Shown piece after piece: positions 24,783 to 35,500 of a DNA stretch of 64,000 nt; within the stretch, counting starts at the first letter, position 1; each line of letters begins with the position of its first letter. Source of the stretch: Oculina patagonica (Eukaryota); the NCBI RefSeq assembly GCF_052425735.1, contig NC_135770.1:31248001-31312000 (forward strand). Reading direction: 5' to 3'. Made by a program: the position numbers and the translations under genes. The notes beneath the pieces were generated by a model that saw only the letters and a program-made list of their open reading frames with translations, was not told where the DNA came from and made no database searches.

Positions 24783-25954
24783 TGTTTCTAAACCAAATAA
24801 GGCTTCTGGGAGTCTCTGAGTTCAACAGCCGAGTAAAAGAACCTATCAACATGAAAAAGAAACAAGATTAAAGAAACAGAATTAGATTAAAAGGGCGCGG
24901 CCCCTCTTTACATGTAACGTTTGAGTAGCTAAATATGCATAATAATATACATTTCAACAAGAAAAAAAAAATACCTAGAAGTTGACATACGATAAGAACT
25001 GCCATAGAAAAAAATCACGTTTCCTCGATCTTCAGTGATTTGCAGACTTAAAGGAAATTGAAACATCGCGCCGGAAAAGTCCGAAAAGTTGAAAATGACA
25101 ACAATTGTAGATACTTACTGTTTCTGATCCAAAATAAGGCTTTTTGTAATCTGTGAGGTCAACAGTTAAACAACCTATCAACAGGAAAAAATTGAAACAG
25201 AACATGTTATTCAATGGAATTAAATATTTAACCTATCCGAAATGACACTGTGAATACGGGAAAAATGCCCCGAACAGTGTTGCGACGAAATTTCCGTCTT
25301 ATAAAGTACGCAAACTCGAATCAGCATCAAATTAGAAAGGTGAGGACCCCTTTTACAACAAGTTAAACCGGTATATTAAATTGAACTTTCAACAAGAATT
25401 ATGATCTATAAAACCCGTGGACATAAGCACATAACTTTCATTGACAATTACGTTTCTTTAATCTACAGTCGATGCAAGGCAAGAAAATAATGAATTGGGA
25501 ATAAAGTTGCAAGTGACATTCGACTGCAAATACTTACTGTGTCTAATCCAAAACAAGGCTTCTGGGAATCTCTGAGGTCAACACTAAAATAACCTACAAC
25601 AACAAAAAAAATGTGTTATTCAATGAAAAATTAAACCTAACCGAACTGATACTGTAAATCCAAGAAACAAATGTTTCGAAACAATATTACAGAGAAATTT
25701 CTGTCTAGTGATGTCATTAAATCGAACTCCAAACAGTGTCAGTTACATGTTGCCACATAAATTGCATAAACTTAAGTTTGTGTAGCAAGTTATTATAAAT
25801 TTTAACGTTGCGGAAAATTACGTTCTCGACCTACAGTATGAAGAAATAAAAAATATGTATCACAAAAAGGTGAAGGGGTGAGACAAATGTAAATACTTAC
25901 TCTTCGTGATCCAAAATAAGGATTCTGAGAGTTTCTTGGCTTGACAACAACAAC
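24783..25954 (-). repeat. Four tandemly duplicated mini-exons, probably 5'UTR of the TPR-CHAT gene
   Basis: Homologous units 25901-25954 (54 nt), 25538-25593 (56), 25119-25174 (56), 24783-24842 (60), each bounded by a T-rich ..TAG acceptor and a GTAAGT donor on the minus strand. Confidence 0.65.
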
Positions 25955-28285
25955 CTATCAACATGAAAAAACAATCCCATTAATCATCATGCTTGCCAAT
26001 AAAAAACAGCGTTAAGATGAGCAAGAAATTATAGTTTGAATGTGAGAGAAAGGCCCCGAAACAATACTTACGTAGCCAAAAGATGATCAGCAAAGATTTC
26101 AAGGAAAATTGTATCCAACTGCAGTGGCAGGCGAACAACTCAAAACATAACCAACGACAAGTGGCGTCGAGGTATGGCAACTTGTCTTGTTTTATAACAT
26201 CAGATATTAGCACTTTAATTTCAGTTTCTATGCAGACTATCAAATGATTGGGATTCAGATTTTCACTTTTCAAATGCAACTGTTTTCTTTTAGTTTATTT
26301 CGGTCCTCGTGCAACATTTTGGATTTAGATTTTCATTTTCCTCCAGTCATACATTTTAGATTTGGGAGATTTCAGTTTTTGGCGTGGCAGAGAGAAATGT
26401 CGAGTTCCGTCTTAGCCAAAATTTTGTCGAGTTCCGTCGTAGACAAAATATTTTGACATAATCAATCCAAATTTAAAAAAAGAGACTTGCGTATTTATGA
26501 TATACCGGAGAACTCCCGACCGAAAAAGTCGTGTGTGGGGTAATATTTCAAATAAAGTTATTAAAATGTCGTTCCTTTCGAAAATGAAAGTTCAGAGTTT
26601 ACGAGATGTCAAAATTTAGTCATGTAAAATTAGAAGGTTAGCTGAAATTAGAGAAATTTTCAAATGCACAATGAACCACAAGAAAGTGTATCTAAATTCT
26701 AAAACCGAACGGCAACAGACTGAAATAAAGACCGGAAGCCGAATTGTCGTCGTCATGGGGAACTGAAAGAAAAAATTAAAGTGGGGTTGTCATTCTTCAA
26801 ACTTGCTAGAAAATGAAATTCTTTCGTATTTCCAAGCTACCATGTATTTTAAGGCTTCTTGGGCAATTTTTCCGAAAATTGTCGACAATTCCCCGACGAT
26901 TGCCGATGAAGATCCGAGGATGCTTCTCCGAAATGTACAGGGAATCGCCTTTAAAAATGTCACGATATTTTTTAAGTCGATCACTTTTCTTATGTACAAA
27001 ATCACTGTCAAATTGAAAGAAACCCTAAAGAATAAAGTTTAAAAACACCACAGAAGTGACCGAAAATAAACAAAGATTGTTAGTGTCTGAGGAAGATTGA
27101 AGACTTGAAAAAAATTGGCCAATTTCCCAAGATGCAGCGACTGAGACGTTGCCGTATGAAGAGAAATCAAATGACCTGCGAAACTGATGTCAAACATGTT
27201 TGGGCTTGCGATTAGCAGACGTGCACACAACAGGAAATTGAAAATTTCCTTGAAGGGAAACACCTGAAGATTCCCTCTGTACTGCGCTTGGCTTTTTGCC
27301 GAACAGAGGGTTTTTTTCACTATTTAAATTTTACTTGACGGATTGCTACTAGACTAGATCAGTTCATCAAAACTCGATCGAACAGTCAGGCTTAGATAAC
27401 GTAGGCTTGATCGATCGAGTCAGCCGGGTGAAATCCGTCATATTTCTTCTTTCAATTCTCATTTTTTTCATTCTTTGTGTTGTATAATTTTCCCCAATTT
27501 TTCTGTAATGTTCTGATTGCGTTTAATTTACACTTTCGCTGTGGTCGCTATAATTGTTAAACTTGAAAACTTGTGATTATTTTGGGCCAGTTGCGGAATT
27601 TTATAGCAATAAGCACATGACTAATCCACCGAAATTTTATCGGACTTCGAATATTTATCCTGACTACAAGAGAACAGCTTGATGAAAATACAAAACACTT
27701 TCAATTTACGAAACCGCAGAGCAACAGTGTATAGAATGCAATTACGCACATCATTCGATTTCAGGATATACACGGTCATTATAATTAATAACAAGTCTGT
27801 TATCTTGACGTATTTACGGGTGAGTGGGTCATGTAAAAATATCTTCACCGGGACTTGTTCCTTCATGCAAGGTTTTATCACGTTCGATATTTTTATTTTG
27901 CTTTTATAATGACAAACACTCTAAACTGTACAGGCAAGCTGTTAATCGCGTGGGAAATGTAAAATACCTTTTGATTAAAAAGGATCAGTCTTATTAACAA
28001 GCATTAACAAATTAAGTGAAATTGAACAATGTCGCCTCTTTAATAGTTAGTTATTTCTGGCATTCGTGACACTAGGCGAGGTCCAAAATACATTCCTCGA
28101 GGCACCTTTCAAAGCCAATCGCATCTCGCGTGCATTGTTTCGCGTAATGGATTACTGAATTAGGACATAGACTGTTTATATCCGGTCTTATCACGTATTT
28201 ATACACTGTACTTAGGTCAAGATTTGTTCTATTTCCCTTGAGATTAACGAGTCGCTTTTGATTTTTCTCGCGCGCTTTGAAAAGC

Positions 28286-29158
28286 ATGAGGTTTACAACC
28301 AAAGTGTCTTCGCAAGAGACTAGAATCTCCAAATCGGGGGCAGCTGATGAGAAGTTTACGTTCACTGTTAAGAAGTCGGAGGTGGCAAATGGATCGAGCG
28401 CTGTGCGCTCCGAGAGCGAAGGCGCTAGCGGTGGAACACAGAAATCAAGCACACTAAACGTAAATCGCGAACAAATTGAAGATTTCGCAAGTGTCCGCGG
28501 CAAAATCTTTCCCGTCATCAAAGCGCGTTCTTGGGTCGACGCCACGAAAGATCTGCTCACGAAAATTGATCCTAAATGCAAAGCGGGTGTCTTATTCACG
28601 CCTCTGAAGAACATTCCCGGAGCTAGCATCGGGTACACGCTAGCTATCCTAGGCGATCACGCCGATTCCCTCAACTACATTTTAACGAGCCATTTGGATG
28701 CTTGGAGCATCTCGGAGAGCGCCCTGCAAGAGGTCGCGCTGAGAAATTTGGAGAAGAAGCTGGACGATTTAGGAGAAGATCTTTGGGCGCAGAGCAAGAC
28801 TGGTATTTACTACATCGACAGTTTGGGGTCGATCTGCGCATCTGTTATCTTGTTGCCGCGTTTTATTGCGCAGTTGGACGTGGAAAGCGGGGACGCTGTA
28901 ATAGTCCTTCCTTCGAGTGACCTGTGTATGGTTGTAGGCTCTAAAATGGAGACACGACTTTGCATCGTTGGGGAAATGTCTTTGCGTTATTCATCCGATC
29001 CGCACCACTTGAACACAAGCCTTCGTCTCAACAAGGCCAGAATGGTGATTGCAAATTACTCGCCGAAATCTTTCGCCGGTGAATTCCCCGTTCCCTCTAC
29101 CCTAGAAGAAGTTGCTGGACTTAAACTAAGGGTACAGCCCATCAAAAGAAAGAAATAA
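28286..29158 (+). CDS. Intronless 290-aa protein with DUF1444/YtpQ-like domain
   Basis: First ATG at 28286. Motif succession 'IFPVIKARSW', 'LNYILTSHLDAWSISESALQEVALRNL', 'GIYYIDSLGSICASVILLP', 'DAVIVLPSSDLCMVVGS' parallels bacterial DUF1444 proteins as recalled. The ORF is secure; the domain call is unverified. Confidence 0.75.
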   Translation: MRFTTKVSSQETRISKSGAADEKFTFTVKKSEVANGSSAVRSESEGASGGTQKSSTLNVNREQIEDFASVRGKIFPVIKARSWVDATKDLLTKIDPKCKAGVLFTPLKNIPGASIGYTLAILGDHADSLNYILTSHLDAWSISESALQEVALRNLEKKLDDLGEDLWAQSKTGIYYIDSLGSICASVILLPRFIAQLDVESGDAVIVLPSSDLCMVVGSKMETRLCIVGEMSLRYSSDPHHLNTSLRLNKARMVIANYSPKSFAGEFPVPSTLEEVAGLKLRVQPIKRKK

Positions 29159-30060
29159 CTTTGCTACTTTTGTAGGATTTTAGTTTATTTGATGATAAAC
29201 ATTTTTGAAAAGAACAAAAGGCCAAACAAAGAGCATTGAGGAGGGTCGGATAATATTTTTGGATTTAGAACTCGTGTTGTGTCACGCATCACGCATTCTT
29301 TTACAAACTTGTATAGTTTTCAAAGAGAGAATACGAATTAGCGTAAGTTTAGTTGGTAAAATCGAACATATACTTTTCGTGTAGCACTAGTATAAAACTT
29401 TAAATTAATAGAAAATAAAACAAGTTTTATTAATTGTTCCTTAATTGAATAGGACATCAAGCGTGACAAAGTACACCTCAAAAACCTCAAATTTAATTAA
29501 TTCGCCGTAATCGCTTTGTAAATAGTCTCGGCAGCCTGCTGAGTCAAGAGACGATTTTTTGTATAATAAGTTTATAAAGAATAAATATTGCCCTAGGGAT
29601 ATCATTCGCAATTGAGTCTATTTTTGTCCGTTTGATTAGTCGGGTCAATATACCGTAATGATTCAATTTAGCGCTGGAGCCGAGGAGAGAGAGAGAGGGG
29701 GCCCCCTTTAGGGGGGGGACTATTTCTGACTATACTAGTCGACATGAACATTGCTATGTGATAAAACAATGAACAACAACAGATACTGTAACTCATGATC
29801 AGTTACAATACGGTTCCACATAGTCATAAGCAACCATTCTTTTGTTCAATTCGTTCAATATAACTTTCATATGAGATAAAAGGGTACATAATTCACTCGT
29901 CCTAATCAGTTTATTGAATGTCACTTTCACAGTACTAGGGCGCCTGTTGAAATTGGAGTGCTTAATTTAAAAACAACACTCAAGGGAGATTGACAAAAAG
30001 GAGGCGCTGTACTGGAAGAAGGGCTCTAAAACGAATCATCATGATACGCCAGGACACATA

Positions 30061-30413
30061 CCGTAGAATTCCGGTTATAAGCCCTGGGCTTATACAACTT
30101 CATAAGGGTCAGTCTTTGGGTAATGGGTGGGCTTATAAGTGGAGGGGCTTATATCCGGGAGGGCTTATAAACGGAATAAAAAAAACGTTCCGAAACGGGC
30201 CACGGGAGTGTCGATCGAAATACGTTTTTAAGATAAAAACGCATAATAAAGCAACATTTAGCCCTGTTCAGTACTGTCATCCGGCAGAGGGGGGCTTATA
30301 TCCGGGGGGGGGGGCTTACAATCGGATGTATTTTTTTGTTTCCAGGTAGATGAGCCTATAACCGGGGGGGGGGGGGGGTTGAGGGGGGGGGGCTTATAAC
30401 CGGAATTTTACGG
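30061..30413. mobile_element. pogo/Tc1-mariner-type MITE
   Basis: TIRs CCGTAGAATTCCGGTTATAAGCCC / GGGCTTATAACCGGAATTTTACGG, TA TSD, GGGCTTATA subrepeats. Confidence 0.8.
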
Positions 30414-31924
30414 TATGACACGACAGCTTTTAGTAGTTACACAGATTGAAGTGAGAGGTGGCCCTATATGAATATCAGGGCTTCTTGTAAAGGAAATGAC
30501 CGACCGATTTGTTTTTGTGACCAAAAGAAAATGGTCAGGTGGTCTAGTCCAGTCTTACATAGCCTGTTCCAAGAGTTCGGTTAGTTGGTGAGCAGCGGGA
30601 AAAACGGGATGAGCACGAAGAACGGCGACTGGCAAAATGGCGAGGAACTGGCCAAGTTTAATTTACGGAATTCTACTTCCGACCGAAAAACGAAAGTTGA
30701 AGATCTATTTAACAAGTAGTGTACATTCCAAGCGCTTATTGGTTCAGTCTACCGCGTAGTCCCTATTTTTTCTCACGGTTACAAGGATAATTTGTAGTCT
30801 GTTATTGATTTAATTTCAATGTGTTTTGTGCAGCAAGCTCGGAAGGCCCTCGAGACGGAGCACAATAAAGGGGCTAAGACTCTTGGAGCTGCATCTGCTC
30901 GGCATAACGATAAGTGTTTAATTCGGTTCTTTCGAGTTCTTCCCCTGAATATTGATCGTGTGGGGCGGACGTACTTACAGAAAAAGCTTTAGAGTGGAGG
31001 GGGACAGGGGGGCGGGAGCCCGGGAGAAAAGGGGGGGAAGGGGAGGAGAGAGGGCGGGAACCGGAAGAAAGCGAGTGAAATCGAACATTCTATATTTCGC
31101 AATGGACATGGAACAAATGGAGAGAACAGTACGGAAAGGGGGGGTGGCGGGAGTAAAAGGTACGGGAAGCGGGAGAAAAGGTACGGAGGTGGGAGGTTCA
31201 GACACCCCTGTCCCTCCCTCTTTAGAGATATGCTTCCCCTTAGAGCCAGATTTCATATCTTTTTTACGGTCAAATGTTTGGGTTCAAAGATTTTACCCTT
31301 TTTGGTTTGAAATAGGGTATGCATTTTACATGTCAAGGAAACTTCAATACATTTGTACCATCGTGTAAATGACACTAATAGAAGGCTAGTGTAAATGGCA
31401 CAACGTTCGCACAAAGGACTACAAGGAGAGTTAACTGTCGCGGAATCGTTTATTTGTTCAAAAAATGACACTTGAACATTTCACTTCGACAAAATTTCCT
31501 CCAGCAACCTTATACCTAATCACAGTCAATTCCAAATTTCAACAGCTACAGCTCCTCCCAGCTCCCCTCCCCTTGGGATCCAAATTAGTTTTACAGTCCC
31601 CTTCTATGGCCTAATGTAATATACCCTAGGTATGATACCCGTGAGGGGAGGGGAAGGGAGAATTGGGAAGTGATCAAAACATACACTTACAGAATCACTA
31701 CAACATAGTGCTTTGTTTGTAACAGTAACAATTCTATCGTACAGGTGATTTGTTAAGTGTGATTTCATCTCCGTCTTATTCTTCTGTATCTAATGGTAGT
31801 TTTATTCTGATTCACAAAATATACTATCTTAAAGACGCATTTCTCTGAAAGAAATGAATTTAATTCGGATTTTATTGCTCTCTTTGATGAATGGTCTTTT
31901 ACGTAACTCATCTCATACTTTTAA

Positions 31925-32213
31925 AAGGACTATGTCACGGCACGAGGATTTCGCAGATTTCTGTTCTAAACTGTTTCTCTCCTTAAACTGTTCTAAAATA
32001 AGTGGTAGGCATCTTTTAACCCAGAAACATTATCTTGAACTTACTGAAGATATAACCTTTTGGGGTGAGAATACTTCGTTAAATGTATTTTTTAAGGTGC
32101 ACGGAAGGGTCTCTAAAATAGCAATTGTAATAAAAATAGACAATTATTTTCAAGTTTTCCGAACAATTATTTTGGCTGTTCAAAAATCTGTTAAAATCCG
32201 TGACATAGTCCCT
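31925..32213. mobile_element. TTAA-targeting MITE (Kolobok-like); relatives at ~3420-3800 and ~9490-9855
   Basis: TIR AAGGACTATGTCACGG / CCGTGACATAGTCCCT flanked by TTAA on both sides. Confidence 0.7.
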
Positions 32214-32563
32214 TTAAAACAGTAATATAGTTTCGACTACTTCCCAAAGACATTCTGCGGAATTGGCACTACATGTAATCACGTGAGCTTGACGTCATAC
32301 CAATACGTCATGTTACTAGGCAACTGCTGTCACAAAGACTGTAGGCTCAATCCATTCTCGCAGATAGTGTGTTACTAATTGATGTAAATTTAAGAGATAT
32401 AACGTGTATTACCAAAACTTATAAAAAAAATTCATTTATCTTGCATTACTTTGATGTTTGTTGAAAACTATCACAGTTTTAATGACGGTATGTCTTTATA
32501 ATATTGCATGAATTTTTATCACTACAAAACGAAACTGTTAGAGTCTTGCTAACTAATGTCTCT

Positions 32564-35500
32564 CTACAATTCCTTTAGCTGCCCTATTGTTGTTTTCAGG
32601 AGGTTCACGTGAGCCTGGAACAAACAAAATGAACAAGTCAATAAACTTCAAAACCATCTGAAGTCAGATTTTACTGGGAAATGAGGATCAGGCAACAGTT
32701 TTTACAAAGCTGTGCTCTTAGAATAATAATAATTACAGGGTGCCCAAATGCTCTTTTGTAAGAAATCATGGGTGCCCAGCTCATACAAGCTTTTATGATA
32801 ACAAAATTATACACGTCGCCCAAAGATAAAAGTAGGTCGCCTGTGGCACCCGGGCTCTGCTGGAGCTCTGCTAGAGCACAGCTCTGAACTACATTGCCAA
32901 ATTCACACGCCCCGCTATTAGTGAGATGGACAATTTGTTTCAGGTCACGTGGGGCACTTAAAAAGCAAGCCTACTGGGTAAATGCTGAGCAATTCAGTGA
33001 TGCAAGGGAATCATTTGACTCATAACCCAGTGCAAGTCATCATCATCGCCAGCATGATAGAAACAAGCTCATTATCAATGATACAAGGGTCTCTTATACA
33101 TGCTAGTACTAAATGGTTGGTACGGATAAAACAAAACAACAAACTTGACCAAGAAACATGCTCTCTGGGTATGTACAATTTAAAAGCCTTGAACTTTCAT
33201 TTGTCAAGCTACAGCCTTTAATGGGTTAATTATTGTAAACTAAATGACTACTTCGTTTTCTATGGCATTAAGCAAATAGAAGCACAGCCCCCCCCCCCCC
33301 CGACTGGGATAGATGCTGCTCCATCATGATAAACTCCAGAGCATTTTATCAGGTTACCCACCAAACATTGGCTGTTTCCATGTCATACATTCGGGTATAC
33401 ATACATGTAGCAAGACATGGCGAGAAAGAGTTTCCATGCAATGCACTCTGCCATTTGTAATAAAAAAAATGCAACACATGCAATAAATAATTTATTTAAC
33501 AGTACCTTAGCGTGTTTCAGCTCTAATTCTGCTCGTTCAGTCTGAAAAATAAAAGTATTTTTATAAGAATATTTCCAAAGCCGAAAACATTGATGCTAAT
33601 GTGTTGTTCCAGAAAATAATTATCCATACCCCTCCCATGGAAGGTTTTTGATTTGAATCCCCCCACCCTTTGAAAATCCCAGTTAGGCCCCATACTTTCC
33701 TTTAAAAATTTTGGCCTTTGAGACCCCACACTTCCTCAGTTTCCATGACCTTCCATGGGGTGGGTATGGATATTTTCTTAAACTGCACAATACACAAAGT
33801 CTTTTTGCCTCTTCACTCACAAAATGAATGTCATTTCAGTTTTACTCACCATGCTCTTTCTAAACTGTTGAACTCTTCTTGTCTTGAAGTCTGTCAGTTC
33901 TGTTGATAAAAAAGCAGTTCACAAATTAATCTTGCATTTAGCATTTCATGGCTGCAATAGGCCCTTTCCAAGCTGCTGTTAGGCACTGTTTTTAAACAAG
34001 TCCTTGTGCAAAACCTTTAAACCTTTTAATGTGAAAATGAGTTTGATTTGAATAAACATACAGAAAAAACTCCTTTTGATCCAATATATTCATGATACTT
34101 CTCAGTTCTTACTGACCTTGTTTAGCTACTTCTGAAATGTGTTCGAATTTTTCAGAAGCTGTTTGCTGAGCTGTCTCCGCCTGAAGCAAAAAAAAAAAAA
34201 AAAAAAAAACGACCATGAATCATAATAAAAGCACACAGTAGGCTGCTTTCAGCTTTGATTTAAAGTGNNNNNNNNNNNNNNNNNNNNNNNNNNNNNNNNN
34301 NNNNNNNNNNNNNNNNNNNNNNNNNNNNNNNNNNNNNNNNNNNNNNNNNNNNNNNNNNNNNNNNNNNNNNNNNNNNNNNNNNNNNNNNNNNNNNNNNNNN
34401 NNNNNNNNNNNTATTAACATGCAGTATTAATTAAAATATAAAGAAAAATAGGTGATAGATCAGGATTAATTATGTCTGATTTCAGTTACTTTAAAATGAC
34501 CCTACAAATCAAATCAAATATATTAAATATTTTTTTAAAAAATTTCTATAGGAGTGTGCAACAAAGTTATGTCTAATCACCCCAAAAAAGTGATTCTCTT
34601 TTCAGTATTAAGCTCATTGCCCAACAAGGCTGTCGTACATGCCATTTTATGATGAAGTTGTCGTTTGGTCATTTTCAAACTTGAATTGCTGGTCATAATT
34701 ATTCACTCAGACTTTTTTCCCCGTCCTAGGCTCGTAACAACAAAAAATACTTCTTTCGCATTTTAGTTATGGCAATGTTGTTGATCACATTTAGCCTGTT
34801 GTCAGCTACTAATGACAACTCTCAGTTTATTGTGTAAGGCGGCCCAAAGAGGAAGTCCTCCATTTTCTCTGCATGCTGTTCAATCATCTTTCACTTTCCA
34901 GACAACACACCACTTGAAACAGTTTCCAACTCAGGGCTGTCAATATTTTAGGGCAGTAACCTATAACACATTTCAGGGTCCCCTATACCTCTCTGCGAAA
35001 TGGAATCACATAAAAATATTTGGCTTTTTTACGCATCACAAATTATTCTAAAAATGTTTTCACGTTCATGCAAAAATCATGGCGATTCGTGTTAAGACTG
35101 TTATGCTCTGAAGGTGTAAGACCAGATATTGTGCCTGTCAAGATCACACATGCGACGAAATAGCGGACAAAAGTCCCAATCCCAACCACAAAGCTTAAAC
35201 AAAGATGTGCGTTTAACTCATCGTTCATGTTTAAGCTAAAAATTGCGTTCACATGCACGTAAAAAGATCTTAAAATTTGGAATCACGAATCATGAAAAAA
35301 TAAAAGCCCAAATCACGTTTTACGGCAAATTAGTAGGCTCAATCACGCTTCACGTAAAAAGTATAGGGGACCCTGACCTATGGCTAAGTTTACTTAATGT
35401 TACGGGTTTAGATGTTGATTGGTCTTACATTACACTTGCAGAGCAAGATGTTATGGATGATAACTTCCATGTAACAGCTCTTATGCAGTACTAATAAGAT

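Noticed and set aside
20230-25954. CRISPR-like array (regularly spaced repeats)
   Set aside because: The 120-bp units are coding TPRs and the upstream units are splice-site-bounded and diverged; eukaryotic context with no cas genes.
34268-34411. SNX6 exon hidden in the gap
   Set aside because: Flanking exons join in frame (GKEVAA|AETAQQ) and the protein length (~402 aa) is complete.
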